A DNA stretch of 62,855 bases, filler included. It is 10 parts of 10 records of this genome, joined end to end, with 100 filler letters (N's around TTAATTAATTAA, not from the genome) between each part and the next. Parts side by side here need not be neighbours in the genome. Positions count along the whole stretch, not along the records: positions 32,160 to 35,818 come from SRR11831586_114; positions 35,919 to 42,794 come from SRR11831586_120; positions 42,895 to 46,503 come from SRR11831586_124; 7 more parts are not named here. One strand, written 5' to 3'. Made by a program: the position numbers and the translations under genes. This document shows positions 32,160-44,615 of the stretch, piece after piece (the stretch's first letter is position 1; every line of letters begins with the position of its first letter). The notes under the pieces are model-generated. The model was not told where the DNA came from and searched no databases. It saw only the letters and a program-made list of their open reading frames with translations.

Positions 32160-33505
32160 ACACTCACTATCGCCACCTGCCGGATGAGTTTGACGATTAC
32201 GTCGCTAACCCGAAACCAAACGGTTATCAGTCTATTCATACCGTGGTTCTGGGGCCGGGTGGAAAAACCGTTGAGATCCAAATCCGCACCAAACAGATGC
32301 ATGAAGATGCAGAGTTGGGTGTTGCTGCGCACTGGAAATATAAAGAGGGCGCGGCTGCTGGCGGCGCACGTTCGGGACATGAAGACCGGATTGCCTGGCT
32401 GCGTAAACTGATTGCGTGGCAGGAAGAGATGGCTGATTCCGGCGAAATGCTCGACGAAGTACGTAGTCAGGTCTTTGACGACCGGGTGTACGTCTTTACG
32501 CCGAAAGGTGATGTCGTTGATTTGCCTGCGGGATCAACGCCGCTGGACTTCGCTTACCACATCCACAGTGATGTCGGACACCGCTGCATCGGGGCAAAAA
32601 TTGGCGGGCGCATTGTGCCGTTCACCTACCAGCTGCAGATGGGCGACCAGATTGAAATTATCACCCAGAAACAGCCGAACCCCAGCCGTGACTGGTTAAA
32701 CCCAAACCTCGGTTACGTCACAACCAGCCGTGGGCGTTCGAAAATTCACGCCTGGTTCCGTAAACAGGACCGTGACAAAAACATTCTGGCTGGGCGGCAA
32801 ATCCTTGACGACGAGCTGGAACATCTGGGGATCAGCCTGAAAGAAGCAGAAAAACATCTGCTGCCGCGTTACAACTTCAATGATGTCGACGAGTTGCTGG
32901 CGGCGATTGGTGGCGGGGATATCCGTCTCAATCAGATGGTGAACTTCCTGCAATCGCAATTTAATAAGCCGAGTGCCGAAGAGCAGGACGCCGCCGCGCT
33001 GAAGCAACTTCAGCAAAAAAGCTACACGCCGCAAAACCGCAGTAAAGATAACGGTCGCGTGGTAGTCGAAGGTGTTGGCAACCTGATGCACCACATCGCG
33101 CGCTGCTGCCAGCCGATTCCTGGAGATGAGATTGTCGGCTTCATTACCCAGGGGCGCGGTATTTCAGTACACCGCGCCGATTGCGAACAACTGGCGGAAC
33201 TGCGCTCCCATGCGCCAGAACGCATTGTTGACGCGGTATGGGGTGAGAGCTACTCCGCCGGATATTCGCTGGTGGTCCGCGTGGTAGCTAATGATCGTAG
33301 TGGGTTGTTACGTGATATCACGACCATTCTCGCCAACGAGAAGGTGAACGTGCTTGGCGTTGCCAGCCGTAGCGACACCAAACAGCAACTGGCGACCATC
33401 GACATGACCATTGAGATTTACAACCTGCAAGTGCTGGGGCGCGTGCTGGGTAAACTCAACCAGGTGCCGGATGTTATCGACGCGCGTCGGTTGCACGGGA
33501 GTTAG
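32160..33505 (+). CDS. relA: (p)ppGpp synthetase I (5' truncated)
   Basis: PKPNGYQSIHT, EIQIRT, AAHWKYKE, TGS and ACT domains. Confidence 0.97.
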
Positions 33506-33519
33506 GCCGAAATTTGCTC

Positions 33520-33558
33520 GTATCTACAATGTAGATTGATATATACTGTATCTACATA
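33520..33558 (+). promoter_or_regulatory. mazEF autoregulatory alternating palindrome
   Basis: ATCTACA / TGTAGAT / ATCTACA: the central arm can pair with either flank. Confidence 0.8.
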
Positions 33559-33582
33559 TGATAGCGGTTTGAGGAAAGGGTT

Positions 33583-33831
33583 ATGATCCACAGTAGCGTA
33601 AAGCGTTGGGGAAATTCACCGGCGGTGCGGATCCCGGCTACGTTAATGCAGGCGCTCAATCTGAATATTGATGATGAAGTGAAGATTGACCTGGTGGATG
33701 GCAAATTAATTATTGAGCCAGTGCGTAAAGAGCCCGTATTTACGCTTGCTGAACTGGTCAACGACATCACGCCGGAAAACCTCCACGAGAATATCGACTG
33801 GGGAGAGCCGAAAGATAAGGAAGTCTGGTAA
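33583..33831 (+). CDS. mazE: Antitoxin MazE
   Basis: 82 aa AbrB fold [12 protein letters not shown]. Confidence 0.97.
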
Positions 33832-34166
33832 TGGTAAGCCGATACGTACCCGATATGGGCGATCTGATTTGGGTTGATTTTGACCCGACAAAAGGTAGCG
33901 AGCAAGCTGGACATCGTCCAGCTGTTGTCCTGAGTCCTTTCATGTACAACAACAAAACAGGTATGTGTCTGTGTGTTCCTTGTACAACGCAATCAAAAGG
34001 ATATCCGTTCGAAGTTGTTTTATCCGGTCAGGAACGTGATGGCGTAGCGTTAGCTGATCAGGTAAAAAGTATCGCCTGGCGGGCAAGAGGAGCAACGAAG
34101 AAAGGAACAGTTGCCCCAGAGGAATTACAACTCATTAAAGCCAAAATTAACGTACTGATTGGGTAG
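33831..34166 (+). CDS. mazF: mRNA interferase toxin MazF
   Basis: 111 aa; GSEQAGHRPAVVLS; 1-nt overlap with mazE. Confidence 0.97.
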   Translation: MVSRYVPDMGDLIWVDFDPTKGSEQAGHRPAVVLSPFMYNNKTGMCLCVPCTTQSKGYPFEVVLSGQERDGVALADQVKSIAWRARGATKKGTVAPEELQLIKAKINVLIG

Positions 34167-34236
34167 TGTTACTAACTCACTTCTATTCTGGTCACAGGTT
34201 TCCACCTGACAGACCCGCAATTTTCAGGACAATTCA

Positions 34237-35028
34237 ATGAATCAAATCGACCGTTTGCTCACTATTATGCAGCGCCTGCGCGATCCGGAAAACGGCTGCC
34301 CGTGGGATAAAGAGCAGACATTTGCCACCATTGCGCCTTACACCCTTGAAGAAACCTACGAAGTGCTGGACGCCATCGCCCGTGAAGATTTTGACGATCT
34401 TCGCGGTGAACTGGGCGATCTGCTATTCCAGGTGGTGTTTTACGCGCAAATGGCTCAGGAAGAAGGGCGCTTTGACTTTAATGATATTTGCGCTGCTATT
34501 AGCGATAAATTAGAGCGTCGCCATCCGCATGTTTTTGCTGATAGTTCTGCCGAAAACAGTAGTGAAGTGCTTGCCCGTTGGGAGCAAATCAAAACCGAAG
34601 AGCGCGCGCAGAAAGCGCAGCATTCGGCGCTGGACGATATTCCTCGTAGTTTACCGGCTTTAATGCGTGCGCAAAAAATCCAGAAACGTTGCGCCAACGT
34701 TGGCTTCGATTGGACGACGCTTGGTCCGGTAGTCGATAAAGTCTACGAAGAGATCGACGAGGTGATGTACGAAGCGCGGCAGGCTGTTGTCGACCAGGCT
34801 AAACTGGAGGAGGAAATGGGGGACCTGCTGTTTGCCACGGTTAATCTGGCTCGCCATTTAGGGACGAAAGCAGAAATCGCATTGCAAAAAGCGAACGAAA
34901 AATTCGAGCGTCGTTTTCGCGAAGTGGAGCGTATTGTTGCCGCGCGTGGACTGGAAATGACAGGTGTTGACCTCGAAACAATGGAAGAAGTCTGGCAACA
35001 GGTAAAACGGCAGGAAATTGATCTCTAA
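34237..35028 (+). CDS. mazG: Nucleoside triphosphate pyrophosphohydrolase
   Basis: 263 aa; GCPWDKEQT and ELGDLL. Confidence 0.97.
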   Translation: MNQIDRLLTIMQRLRDPENGCPWDKEQTFATIAPYTLEETYEVLDAIAREDFDDLRGELGDLLFQVVFYAQMAQEEGRFDFNDICAAISDKLERRHPHVFADSSAENSSEVLARWEQIKTEERAQKAQHSALDDIPRSLPALMRAQKIQKRCANVGFDWTTLGPVVDKVYEEIDEVMYEARQAVVDQAKLEEEMGDLLFATVNLARHLGTKAEIALQKANEKFERRFREVERIVAARGLEMTGVDLETMEEVWQQVKRQEIDL

Positions 35029-35240
35029 GGGAATTACGCGGTCAAGCGCCATTTGTGTCATTTTTTAAATGACAAGCGCTTGATTTGCGTCAAAAACATT
35101 TACCCCAAAGGGGCTATTTTCTCACTCCTGATTTCAATAGTGCGCTGGCGAAGAGGAGGGATAATGAAAGTTTGTGGCACAGGTCATGTTCGGGTATACT
35201 GCTTTCCCGTCTTGGTTATTCCATCGTCTTTTCAACCTAA

Positions 35241-35818
<578 letters not shown>

Positions 35819-35918
35819 NNNNNNNNNNNNNNNNNNNNNNNNNNNNNNNNNNNNNNNNNNNNTTAATTAATTAANNNNNNNNNNNNNNNNNNNNNNNNNN
35901 NNNNNNNNNNNNNNNNNN
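35819..35918. other. Artificial contig linker
   Basis: N44-TTAATTAATTAA-N44. Confidence 0.99.
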
Positions 35919-36377
35919 GGCGTAGTCAGAAAGCACCAGCGCGCCAATCGAACTCAGCGCCTGATTAATCCGCTCGTGCAGCGGCTGCGGATCAACACCT
36001 TCGAAACCTTCTTCAAAATCCAGACGGATCAGCTGTTGGTTGCGGGAAAGTACCCGTAATTTGGTAATGGTCGGATGCGTCGGTACAGAAACGAAGTCGC
36101 ATTTGACGTTGACGTCGGCCAGAGATTTACTCAGCGCGCGCGCTGCATCGTCAATGCCCGTCAACCCGACCAGGCGTGCATTAGCACCGAGAGAAGCGAT
36201 ATTCATCGCCACGTTAGCCGCGCCGCCCGGACGTTCTTCGATGGTATTCACTTTAACCACGGGCACCGGCGCTTCCGGCGAGATACGACTGGTGGGGCCG
36301 TACCAGTAACGATCCAGCATCACATCACCAACCACCATCACTCCTGCACGTTCAAACTCTGGCAGCGTTACTTTCAT
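35919..36377 (-). CDS. hldE: Bifunctional heptose kinase/adenylyltransferase (3' truncated)
   Basis: [27 protein letters not shown]. Confidence 0.96.
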
Positions 36378-36424
36378 TCCTGTCTCCTGAGAGATTCAAA
36401 ATTTGCGCGCGATAATACCATACT

Positions 36425-39265
36425 TCATTCTTCCACCAGCCACTTCTGCCAGCTTGCCCGCACCAGTTCACGCTCTGCGGTGAAGCAATCCTCCGACACA
36501 TGGCCCGGCAATTCCTGTAATGCCAGATGATGAAGTTCATCGCGAAGCGTAGTGTAAGCACGGGTCAGCGCCATCGCTTCCTGCTCTTCCATAATGTCGT
36601 TTTGCGCCAGTAGTTCCAGAATACGCACGTTGTCTGACCAGCGCGTTAACTTCGGTTTTTCATGAGCGTAGCGCAACACCAGATATTGGGTAATAAATTC
36701 GATATCGGTAATTCCCCCTTCATCAGCTTTGATATCAAAGCGATCGCGATGTTTATTGCCGAGATGAGCGCGCATTTTCTCGCGCATTTCCCGCACTTCC
36801 GTTTGCAGAGTTTTACCTTCACGCGGCAGCGTCATAATCTCGCGACGCACTGCGTCAAAGTGCGCGGTGAGCTGCGGATCGCCGTACACTACACGCGCAC
36901 GCACCAGCGCCTGATGTTCCCACGTCCAGGCCTCGTTTTTCTGATAATCGGCAAATGCTTCTGCGGATGTCACCAGCATTCCCGCCGCCCCGGACGGACG
37001 CAGTCGAGCATCCACTTCATACAAAATGCCGGAAGAGGTACGCGTACTGAACAGATGCATAATGCGTTGCGCCAGACGCAGATAAAACTGCCGCCCGTCG
37101 ATTTCCCGCTCACCGTCAGTCATCGCATCCATTGGGCAATCATGGAGGAAGATAAGGTCAAGATCGGAACTGTAGCCTAACTCCCAGCCGCCCAGCTTGC
37201 CGTAGCCGACCACCGCAAAACCACGCCCTTCGCGTTCGTTCAGGTGATTCGGCTTACCGTAGCGGGCAACCATTTGAACCCACGCCTGCTGAACGACGGC
37301 ATCTATCATGGCTTCCGCCAGCCAGGTTAAGTGATCGCTCACTTTCATCACCGGTAGCGTACCGGCGATATCCGCTGCGGCGATGCGTAACAGCTGCGCC
37401 TGTTTGAACTGACGCAGCGCCTCAAGCTGTTGCTCTTCGTCATCTTCCGGCACGCGCAGCAAATACTGGCGCAACTCATCGCGGTAGGCATCGGTCGCCG
37501 TCGGCTGGTAAAGGGTGTTTGGATCGAGCAATTCATCCAGCAATAATGGATAACGCGCCAGCTGGCTGGCAATCATCGGCGACGCGGCACACAGAGAAAT
37601 CAAATGTTTAAGCGCCGCGGGGAATTCACTGAGCAATTCTAAATAGGTGGTGCGGGTAACAATCCCCACCAGCAAGGCGGTAATGCGCGACAGCGTAACG
37701 GCAGCGTCTTCACGCGCACAGACATCACTTAGCAGATGCGGCATCAGATGGTCGAGCACCTGACGTCCTCGCGGCCCGATGGTGCGCTTATCCAGCTCTT
37801 TGCGGAAATCGGCAATCAGCGTTAGCACCTGTTTGCGATCATCCTCGCTAAGATGCGCCAGCACTGGCGTAGTGTCATCTTCCTGCAACGCATCCTGCCA
37901 CAGCTCACGCCACTGTTCCGACAGCGACTCTTCCTGAGTTTCACTTTCATCGTCGCCAATCAATTCATTAAACACCCGGCGCACATTGGTCATATGTGCG
38001 GTCAGCGCCCCGGTCAGTTGCGGCCAGTCAGCAAAGTCCATCGCCCACGCCAGCCGCGCACGATTAAGCTCATCAGAAGGAAGCGTCTGGGTTTGTTCGT
38101 CGTTAATGCTTTGCAGCAGGTTTTCCAGACGCCGCAGGAACAGATACGCCACTCGCAATTGTTCAGCATCGTTTTCAGAAAGCAGATGCAGCTCGGCAAT
38201 GGCGCTGAGCGTTGGCAGTAAAGAGCGCGATTGCAGCGACGGTTCGCGTCCGCCGCGAATGAGCTGGAACACCTGAACGATAAATTCAATTTCGCGAATG
38301 CCGCCTGCGCCGAGTTTGATATTGTCGGTCAAACCACGTCGACGCACTTCACGGGCAATCATCCCTTTCATGTTGCGCAGCGACTGAATCACGCTGAAAT
38401 CGATGTAACGACGGAAAACAAACGGGCGCAGCATCGCACGCAACTCGTTAGCATAGACGCCTTCGCTATCGCCCATAATCCGCGCCTTGACCATCGCGTA
38501 ACGCTCCCAGTCGCGCCCCTGCTCCTGGTAATAATCTTCCAACGCGGCAAAGCTCAGCACCAGCGGGCCACTTTCGCCAAACGGACGCAGCCGCATATCC
38601 ACGCGATAGACGAAGCCATCCTGCGTTGGTTGATCCAGCACTTTAATCAGCCGCTGCCCCATGCGGGTAAAAAACTGCGCGTTATCCAGTTCCCGGCGTC
38701 CACCCTGCGTACAACCATGTTCCGGCCAGGCAAAAATCAGATCGATATCAGAGGAGAAATTCAGCTCCCCACCGCCCAGCTTACCCATGCCTAAAATCAG
38801 CAGCGGTTGCGCTTCGCCCTGCGCATTGCACGGCGTTCCCCACTCGCGGCAGCAGGCGTCATACAGCCAGTCACGCGCCGCAACAATCAGCGTCTCCGCC
38901 AGATAGCTGAGCTGCTGCAATATGCTCTCTTCAGTAACCAGTGCCAGCGTTTGCGCCCAGGCGATGCGCACCATAATGCGCCGCCGGAATAGCCGCAGCT
39001 CGCGCATTAACCCGGCTTCGTCACTCACATTACAGAGCGCCTCCTGCAACCATGCCGCGTAATGCTGCCATTCGTCGGCCTGCGGCGGTTGGCTTTCCAG
39101 TTCCGTCAGCCACTCTGGATGCGCAATCACGCTGTCCTGCACAAAATCACTAAAAGTAAGTACTGACTTCGCCTGTGCGCTAAGTGATTCCTCGGCTAAA
39201 GGCTCTGGCAGCCGCTCAACAACGGTCTGCCAGTACTGCTGTAACGGTGAAGAGAGCGGCTTCAT
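36425..39265 (-). CDS. glnE: Glutamine synthetase adenylyltransferase
   Basis: 946 aa from MKPLSSPLQ; two GKLGGxEL..SSDxDL nucleotidyltransferase motifs. Confidence 0.97.
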   Translation of the reverse strand: MKPLSSPLQQYWQTVVERLPEPLAEESLSAQAKSVLTFSDFVQDSVIAHPEWLTELESQPPQADEWQHYAAWLQEALCNVSDEAGLMRELRLFRRRIMVRIAWAQTLALVTEESILQQLSYLAETLIVAARDWLYDACCREWGTPCNAQGEAQPLLILGMGKLGGGELNFSSDIDLIFAWPEHGCTQGGRRELDNAQFFTRMGQRLIKVLDQPTQDGFVYRVDMRLRPFGESGPLVLSFAALEDYYQEQGRDWERYAMVKARIMGDSEGVYANELRAMLRPFVFRRYIDFSVIQSLRNMKGMIAREVRRRGLTDNIKLGAGGIREIEFIVQVFQLIRGGREPSLQSRSLLPTLSAIAELHLLSENDAEQLRVAYLFLRRLENLLQSINDEQTQTLPSDELNRARLAWAMDFADWPQLTGALTAHMTNVRRVFNELIGDDESETQEESLSEQWRELWQDALQEDDTTPVLAHLSEDDRKQVLTLIADFRKELDKRTIGPRGRQVLDHLMPHLLSDVCAREDAAVTLSRITALLVGIVTRTTYLELLSEFPAALKHLISLCAASPMIASQLARYPLLLDELLDPNTLYQPTATDAYRDELRQYLLRVPEDDEEQQLEALRQFKQAQLLRIAAADIAGTLPVMKVSDHLTWLAEAMIDAVVQQAWVQMVARYGKPNHLNEREGRGFAVVGYGKLGGWELGYSSDLDLIFLHDCPMDAMTDGEREIDGRQFYLRLAQRIMHLFSTRTSSGILYEVDARLRPSGAAGMLVTSAEAFADYQKNEAWTWEHQALVRARVVYGDPQLTAHFDAVRREIMTLPREGKTLQTEVREMREKMRAHLGNKHRDRFDIKADEGGITDIEFITQYLVLRYAHEKPKLTRWSDNVRILELLAQNDIMEEQEAMALTRAYTTLRDELHHLALQELPGHVSEDCFTAERELVRASWQKWLVEE

Positions 39266-39287
39266 AAGCGATTTTATCCTTGCCTGA

Positions 39288-40589
39288 TTAACGTTTTCCG
39301 CTGTGCAACCAGAACGGTTCCTGATTGTTTGCCTCATTACGGAAATGTTCAATTTCGATGCGTTGCCCGGTCGCAATAGCGTGATGCAGCCCCTGCCAGT
39401 TCTCCAGCCAGGCTTGCGCGACGACAGGATCATAGTAACCCGCCAGCAACAGTATTGAGTCAATATCACGCGTCAGGCGTGGCAACTGGTCACGGTAGCG
39501 ATCGCCTAACGGCTGGCAGAAAACGCTTTTCAGTTCAGCGGCATGGCGGGAAAGATGGATATCGGCAAAGCGTTTGAAGGAGTCGCTGATTTTGCCCTGC
39601 GCTTTGGCATCTAAAAATGGCTGCCATGCTTTGCTTACCAACCATTCGGTCAACGCCAGCTTCGCCATTGCCGTTTCGGTAGAGTAGACCGCCGTCACGG
39701 CAGACACCGCAGAAGCAATGGTCGCCTCGCATTGAGTCAGCAGATCACGTAAGTGAGTGCTCGCTTTACGCGGCACAATACCACCGAACAGCATCAGCGT
39801 ATGACGGACCAGGCTAATGGCTGCCAGCACCTGTTCTTTCGCCGCATCGTTGCCGCGTACCCACAGTTCTTCATGATACTGCCATTGCGCTAACGCCAGC
39901 TCGAGCGCCGCTTCCAGCCCCTGTTCCACATCGGCTTTTGCCGCAACATGCAAAATGGTGGTCGGTTTGATTTCACGCGCCGGATTGCCCTGCGCCAGAT
40001 GATAGCCACGCGCCGCTTTGCTCAGGCTGCCCTGGCGTAATCCGGTTTGCGATACCAGTTGGTTCGCCAGTTTCAGCACCGCGCGCGTGTCGCCGCTAAG
40101 CAGTTCCAGTTCCAGCTCACAGATAGGTTCAGCAAATTCACCCGCTTTCACTTCCCCCTGGTCGAGGGCGATTTCAATTTGGCTACCATCGACCGCCACC
40201 AGCCATTTTTCGCGATAAAAATCGGTGCTGAACAGCGGCTGCACGCGGGAGGCGAGATCGGCGGGCAATTCGCCGTTCGGCCAGACTTCCGTCGGTAACT
40301 GCGCCAGGTCGAGCGTCGGTTCGCTCAACGCCACGTTATATTCCGGGCGCTGATGTAAGCCGCCTGTCACTCTTCCTGCAACTTTCATGGTCATCTCATA
40401 GCGACCGTTTTCGCCACGAATACGTAAGCCCATATCGTGCCCACGCAGCCAGTTATCCGGCGTTTCGTAGTAAATATTCAGCAACTGCACGGGGTCATGG
40501 TGCTCGCCGCCCAGCGTATTGAGATGGTCACGCAACGCCTCAACGGCACTGTGATTAACAATAAACTTTAATTCGATTTCCTGAGCCAT
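39288..40589 (-). CDS. ygiF: Inorganic triphosphatase (CYTH-CHAD)
   Basis: 433 aa; EIELKF and ELELEL. Confidence 0.95.
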
Positions 40590-40830
40590 GGCCTTTACTT
40601 ATCGGTTATGTCACATAAGTGACGATGAACGGCGAACTTAATGCGATCTTTTTTGTCAGTAGATAGTATTTTGCGCCAAATTGCCATGCAACGGGCAATT
40701 TGACGGGCGTAAAAGTTTGAAGCAGTGGCAAGACCTGACACAGAGGATTCCGATTGATGTCGAATGCTTTGCGTAGCGACACTGATGCCACTACTATCGT
40801 TCCACTTTCCATGACAATAACGACAGCCTG

Positions 40831-41451
40831 ATGCCAAAATTACGCCTGATCGGATTAACTTTACTCGCACTTAGCGCGACTGCCGTCTCACACGCTGAAG
40901 AAACGCGCTATGTTTCCGACGAACTGAATACCTGGGTCCGCAGCGGTCCGGGAGATCATTATCGCCTCGTGGGCACGGTTAACGCCGGCGAGGAAGTGAC
41001 CTTATTACAAACTGACGCCAACACCAATTATGCCCAGGTGAAAGACAGCTCTGGCCGTACCGCCTGGATCCCGTTGAAACAACTTAGCACTGAGCCAAGC
41101 CTGCGCTCCCGTGTGCCAGATCTGGAAAATCAGGTCAAAACCCTGACCGATAAACTCACCAATATCGATAACACCTGGAATCAGCGCACCGCAGAAATGC
41201 AGCAAAAAGTGGCGCAGAGCGACAGCGTGATCAACGGGTTAAAAGAAGAAAATCAGAAACTGAAAAACGAGCTGATTGTCGCGCAGAAAAAGGTCGATGC
41301 CGCCAGCGTACAGCTGGATGACAAACAGCGCACCATCATCATGCAATGGTTTATGTATGGCGGTGGCGTGCTGGGGCTTGGCTTGCTGCTCGGTCTGGTA
41401 CTGCCGCACCTGATCCCAAGCCGCAAACGCAAAGATCGCTGGATGAACTAA
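40831..41451 (+). CDS. ygiM: SH3 domain membrane protein
   Basis: 206 aa; signal peptide, VRSGPG SH3b, coiled coil, C-terminal TM. Confidence 0.94.
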   Translation: MPKLRLIGLTLLALSATAVSHAEETRYVSDELNTWVRSGPGDHYRLVGTVNAGEEVTLLQTDANTNYAQVKDSSGRTAWIPLKQLSTEPSLRSRVPDLENQVKTLTDKLTNIDNTWNQRTAEMQQKVAQSDSVINGLKEENQKLKNELIVAQKKVDAASVQLDDKQRTIIMQWFMYGGGVLGLGLLLGLVLPHLIPSRKRKDRWMN

Positions 41452-41514
41452 ATCGCCTTCTTCGTTGCACTGTCTTATTATTAGGAATTGTGTATTTGAC
41501 GAAGGGATGATGGC

Positions 41515-42753
41515 GTGAAGATTTATCTGGTCGGTGGTGCTGTTCGGGATGCATTGTTAGGGCTACCGGTCAAAGACAGAGATTGGGTGGTGGTCGGCAG
41601 TACGCCACAGGAGATGCTCGACGCGGGCTACCAGCAGGTAGGCCGCGATTTTCCTGTGTTTCTGCATCCGCAAACGCATGAAGAGTATGCGCTGGCACGT
41701 ACCGAACGGAAATCCGGTTCCGGTTACACCGGTTTTACTTGCTATGCCGCACCGGATGTCACGCTGGAAGATGATCTTAAGCGTCGCGATCTGACCATTA
41801 ATGCGCTGGCCCAGGACGATAACGGCGAGATTATCGACCCGTACAACGGTCTGGGCGATCTGCAAAATCGTCTGTTGCGCCATGTTTCCCCCGCTTTTGG
41901 CGAAGATCCGTTACGCGTATTGCGCGTGGCGCGTTTTGCTGCGCGTTATGCCCACCTCGGTTTTCGTATTGCCGATGAAACTCTGGCGTTGATGCGCGAG
42001 ATGACCCATGCGGGTGAACTGGAACACCTGACGCCTGAACGGGTATGGAAAGAGACGGAAAGCGCCCTCACCACCCGCAATCCACAGGTGTTCTTCCAGG
42101 TACTGCGCGATTGCGGCGCACTGCGCGTTTTATTCCCGGAAATTGACGCACTGTTTGGCGTTCCGGCCCCTGCCAAGTGGCATCCGGAAATCGATACGGG
42201 TATTCATACCTTAATGACGCTCTCAATGGCGGCGATGCTGAGTCCGCAGGTCGATGTCCGTTTCGCAACTTTATGCCACGATCTCGGTAAAGGGCTGACG
42301 CCGCCAGAACTCTGGCCGCGTCATCATGGTCATGGCCCGGCGGGTGTTAAGTTAGTGGAACAACTATGCCAGCGTCTGCGCGTGCCAAATGAAATTCGCG
42401 ATTTAGCCAGACTGGTGGCTGAGTTTCACGATCTCATCCACACCTTCCCAATGCTGAACCCAAAAACCATCGTCAAATTATTTGATTCCATCGATGCCTG
42501 GCGTAAACCGCAGCGTGTCGAGCAACTGGCGCTGACCAGCGAGGCTGACGTGCGCGGCAGAACCGGTTTTGAATCAGCGGACTACCCGCAAGGCCGCTGG
42601 TTGCGCGAAGCCTGGGAAGTGGCGCAGTCAGTGCCGACAAAAGCCGTCGTTGAAGCGGGATTTAAAGGTGTGGAGATTCGCGAGGAGCTGACCCGACGGC
42701 GGATTGCGGCGGTAGCCAGCTGGAAGGAACAACGTTGCCCAAAGCCTGAATGA
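41515..42753 (+). CDS. cca: tRNA CCA-adding enzyme
   Basis: 412 aa; [19 protein letters not shown] domain. Confidence 0.98.
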   Translation: MKIYLVGGAVRDALLGLPVKDRDWVVVGSTPQEMLDAGYQQVGRDFPVFLHPQTHEEYALARTERKSGSGYTGFTCYAAPDVTLEDDLKRRDLTINALAQDDNGEIIDPYNGLGDLQNRLLRHVSPAFGEDPLRVLRVARFAARYAHLGFRIADETLALMREMTHAGELEHLTPERVWKETESALTTRNPQVFFQVLRDCGALRVLFPEIDALFGVPAPAKWHPEIDTGIHTLMTLSMAAMLSPQVDVRFATLCHDLGKGLTPPELWPRHHGHGPAGVKLVEQLCQRLRVPNEIRDLARLVAEFHDLIHTFPMLNPKTIVKLFDSIDAWRKPQRVEQLALTSEADVRGRTGFESADYPQGRWLREAWEVAQSVPTKAVVEAGFKGVEIREELTRRRIAAVASWKEQRCPKPE

Positions 42754-42766
42754 GTATTGGGCATTT

Positions 42767-42794
42767 TGCCGGATGCGGCGTAAACGCCTTATCC
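42767..42794. repeat. REP element truncated at contig end
   Basis: TGCCGGATGCGGCGTAAACGCCTTATCC. Confidence 0.9.
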
Positions 42795-42894
42795 NNNNNN
42801 NNNNNNNNNNNNNNNNNNNNNNNNNNNNNNNNNNNNNNTTAATTAATTAANNNNNNNNNNNNNNNNNNNNNNNNNNNNNNNNNNNNNNNNNNNN
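42795..42894. other. Artificial contig linker
   Basis: N44-TTAATTAATTAA-N44. Confidence 0.99.
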
Positions 42895-42916
42895 CAGAAA
42901 TAACGGATTTAACCTA

Positions 42917-44344
42917 ATGATGAATGACGGTAAGCAACAATCTACCTTTTTGTTTCACGATTACGAAACCTTTGGCACGCACCCCGCGTTAGATCGCCCT
43001 GCACAGTTCGCAGCCATTCGCACTGATAGCGAATTCAATGTCATCGGCGAACCCGAAGTCTTTTACTGCAAGCCCGCTGATGACTATTTACCCCAGCCAG
43101 GAGCCGTATTAATTACCGGTATTACCCCGCAGGAAGCACGGGCGAAAGGAGAAAACGAAGCCGCGTTTGCCGCCCGTATTCACTCGCTTTTTACCGTACC
43201 GAAGACCTGTATTCTGGGCTACAACAATGTGCGTTTCGACGACGAAGTCACACGCAACATTTTTTATCGTAATTTCTACGATCCTTACGCCTGGAGCTGG
43301 CAGCATGATAACTCGCGCTGGGATTTACTGGATGTTATGCGTGCCTGTTATGCCCTGCGCCCGGAAGGAATAAACTGGCCTGAAAATGATGACGGTCTAC
43401 CGAGCTTTCGCCTTGAGCATTTAACCAAAGCGAATGGTATTGAACATAGCAACGCCCACGATGCGATGGCTGATGTGTACGCCACTATTGCGATGGCAAA
43501 GCTGGTAAAAACGCGTCAGCCACGCCTGTTTGATTATCTCTTTACCCATCGTAATAAACACAAACTGATGGCGTTGATTGATGTTCCGCAGATGAAACCC
43601 CTGGTGCACGTTTCCGGAATGTTTGGAGCATGGCGCGGCAATACCAGCTGGGTGGCACCGCTGGCGTGGCATCCTGAAAATCGCAATGCCGTAATTATGG
43701 TGGATTTGGCAGGAGACATTTCGCCATTACTGGAACTGGATAGCGACACATTGCGCGAGCGTTTATATACCGCAAAAACCGATCTTGGCGATAACGCCGC
43801 CGTTCCGGTTAAGCTGGTGCATATCAATAAATGTCCGGTGCTGGCCCAGGCGAATACGCTACGCCCGGAAGATGCCGACCGACTGGGAATTAATCGTCAG
43901 CATTGCCTCGATAACCTGAAAATTCTGCGTGAAAATCCGCAAGTGCGCGAAAAAGTGGTGGCGATATTCGCGGAAGCCGAACCGTTTACGCCTTCAGATA
44001 ACGTGGATGCACAGCTTTATAACGGCTTTTTCAGTGACGCAGATCGTGCAGCAATGAAAATTGTGCTGGAAACCGAGCCGCGTAATTTATCGGCACTGGA
44101 TATCACTTTTGTTGATAAACGGATTGAAAAGCTGTTGTTCAATTATCGGGCACGCAACTTCCCGGGGACGCTGGATTATGCCGAGCAGCAACGCTGGCTG
44201 GAGCACCGTCGCCAGGTCTTCACGCCAGAGTTTTTGCAGGGTTATGCTGATGAATTGCAGATGCTGGTACAACAATATGCCGATGACAAAGAGAAAGTGG
44301 CGCTGTTAAAAGCACTTTGGCAGTACGCGGAAGAGATTGTCTAA
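42917..44344 (+). CDS. sbcB: Exodeoxyribonuclease I
   Basis: 475 aa DEDDh exonuclease: HDYETFG, YNNVRFDD, AHDAMAD. Confidence 0.98.
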   Translation: MMNDGKQQSTFLFHDYETFGTHPALDRPAQFAAIRTDSEFNVIGEPEVFYCKPADDYLPQPGAVLITGITPQEARAKGENEAAFAARIHSLFTVPKTCILGYNNVRFDDEVTRNIFYRNFYDPYAWSWQHDNSRWDLLDVMRACYALRPEGINWPENDDGLPSFRLEHLTKANGIEHSNAHDAMADVYATIAMAKLVKTRQPRLFDYLFTHRNKHKLMALIDVPQMKPLVHVSGMFGAWRGNTSWVAPLAWHPENRNAVIMVDLAGDISPLLELDSDTLRERLYTAKTDLGDNAAVPVKLVHINKCPVLAQANTLRPEDADRLGINRQHCLDNLKILRENPQVREKVVAIFAEAEPFTPSDNVDAQLYNGFFSDADRAAMKIVLETEPRNLSALDITFVDKRIEKLLFNYRARNFPGTLDYAEQQRWLEHRRQVFTPEFLQGYADELQMLVQQYADDKEKVALLKALWQYAEEIV

Positions 44345-44351
44345 TTTGAAG

Positions 44352-44375
44352 CCTCCGCCGCTGGTACGGCGGAGG
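44352..44375. terminator. Hairpin between convergent sbcB and yeeD
   Basis: CCTCCGCCG-ctggta-CGGCGGAGG. Confidence 0.7.
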
Positions 44376-44386
44376 ACAATGTTGAG

Positions 44387-44613
44387 TCAGGCTTTTTGAA
44401 CGGTGATGCTCCACGCTGCATCGCCAATCTGCTGATAATCGGTGATGGCATGTCCTTCTTCTGCCGCCCACTGTGGGATTGCTTCAGTTGTCTGGGTGCA
44501 ATCAAACTCAATCACTAACTCATCGCCGCTGACCATTTCTGCCAGAGCTGCTTTTGCTTCTATGAGTGGAAACGGACAGACCTGCGTCACCACATCCAGC
44601 TTTTAATCACCAT
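44387..44613 (-). CDS. yeeD: TusA-family sulfur carrier (apparent 1-nt deletion near the start)
   Basis: LDVVTQVCPFP motif; the RBS-linked ATG at 44613 is out of frame and the span is 227 nt. Confidence 0.9.
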
Positions 44614-44615
44614 CT

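Noticed and set aside
32160-35028. relA-mazEF-mazG as a novel defence cassette
   Set aside because: Well-characterised E. coli locus in its standard arrangement
36425-39469. N-terminally extended ORFs (GlnE 1014 aa, GsiB 601 aa, GsiA 659 aa, EpmC 244 aa, NanM 404 aa)
   Set aside because: The extensions overlap upstream genes; downstream starts give the expected family lengths
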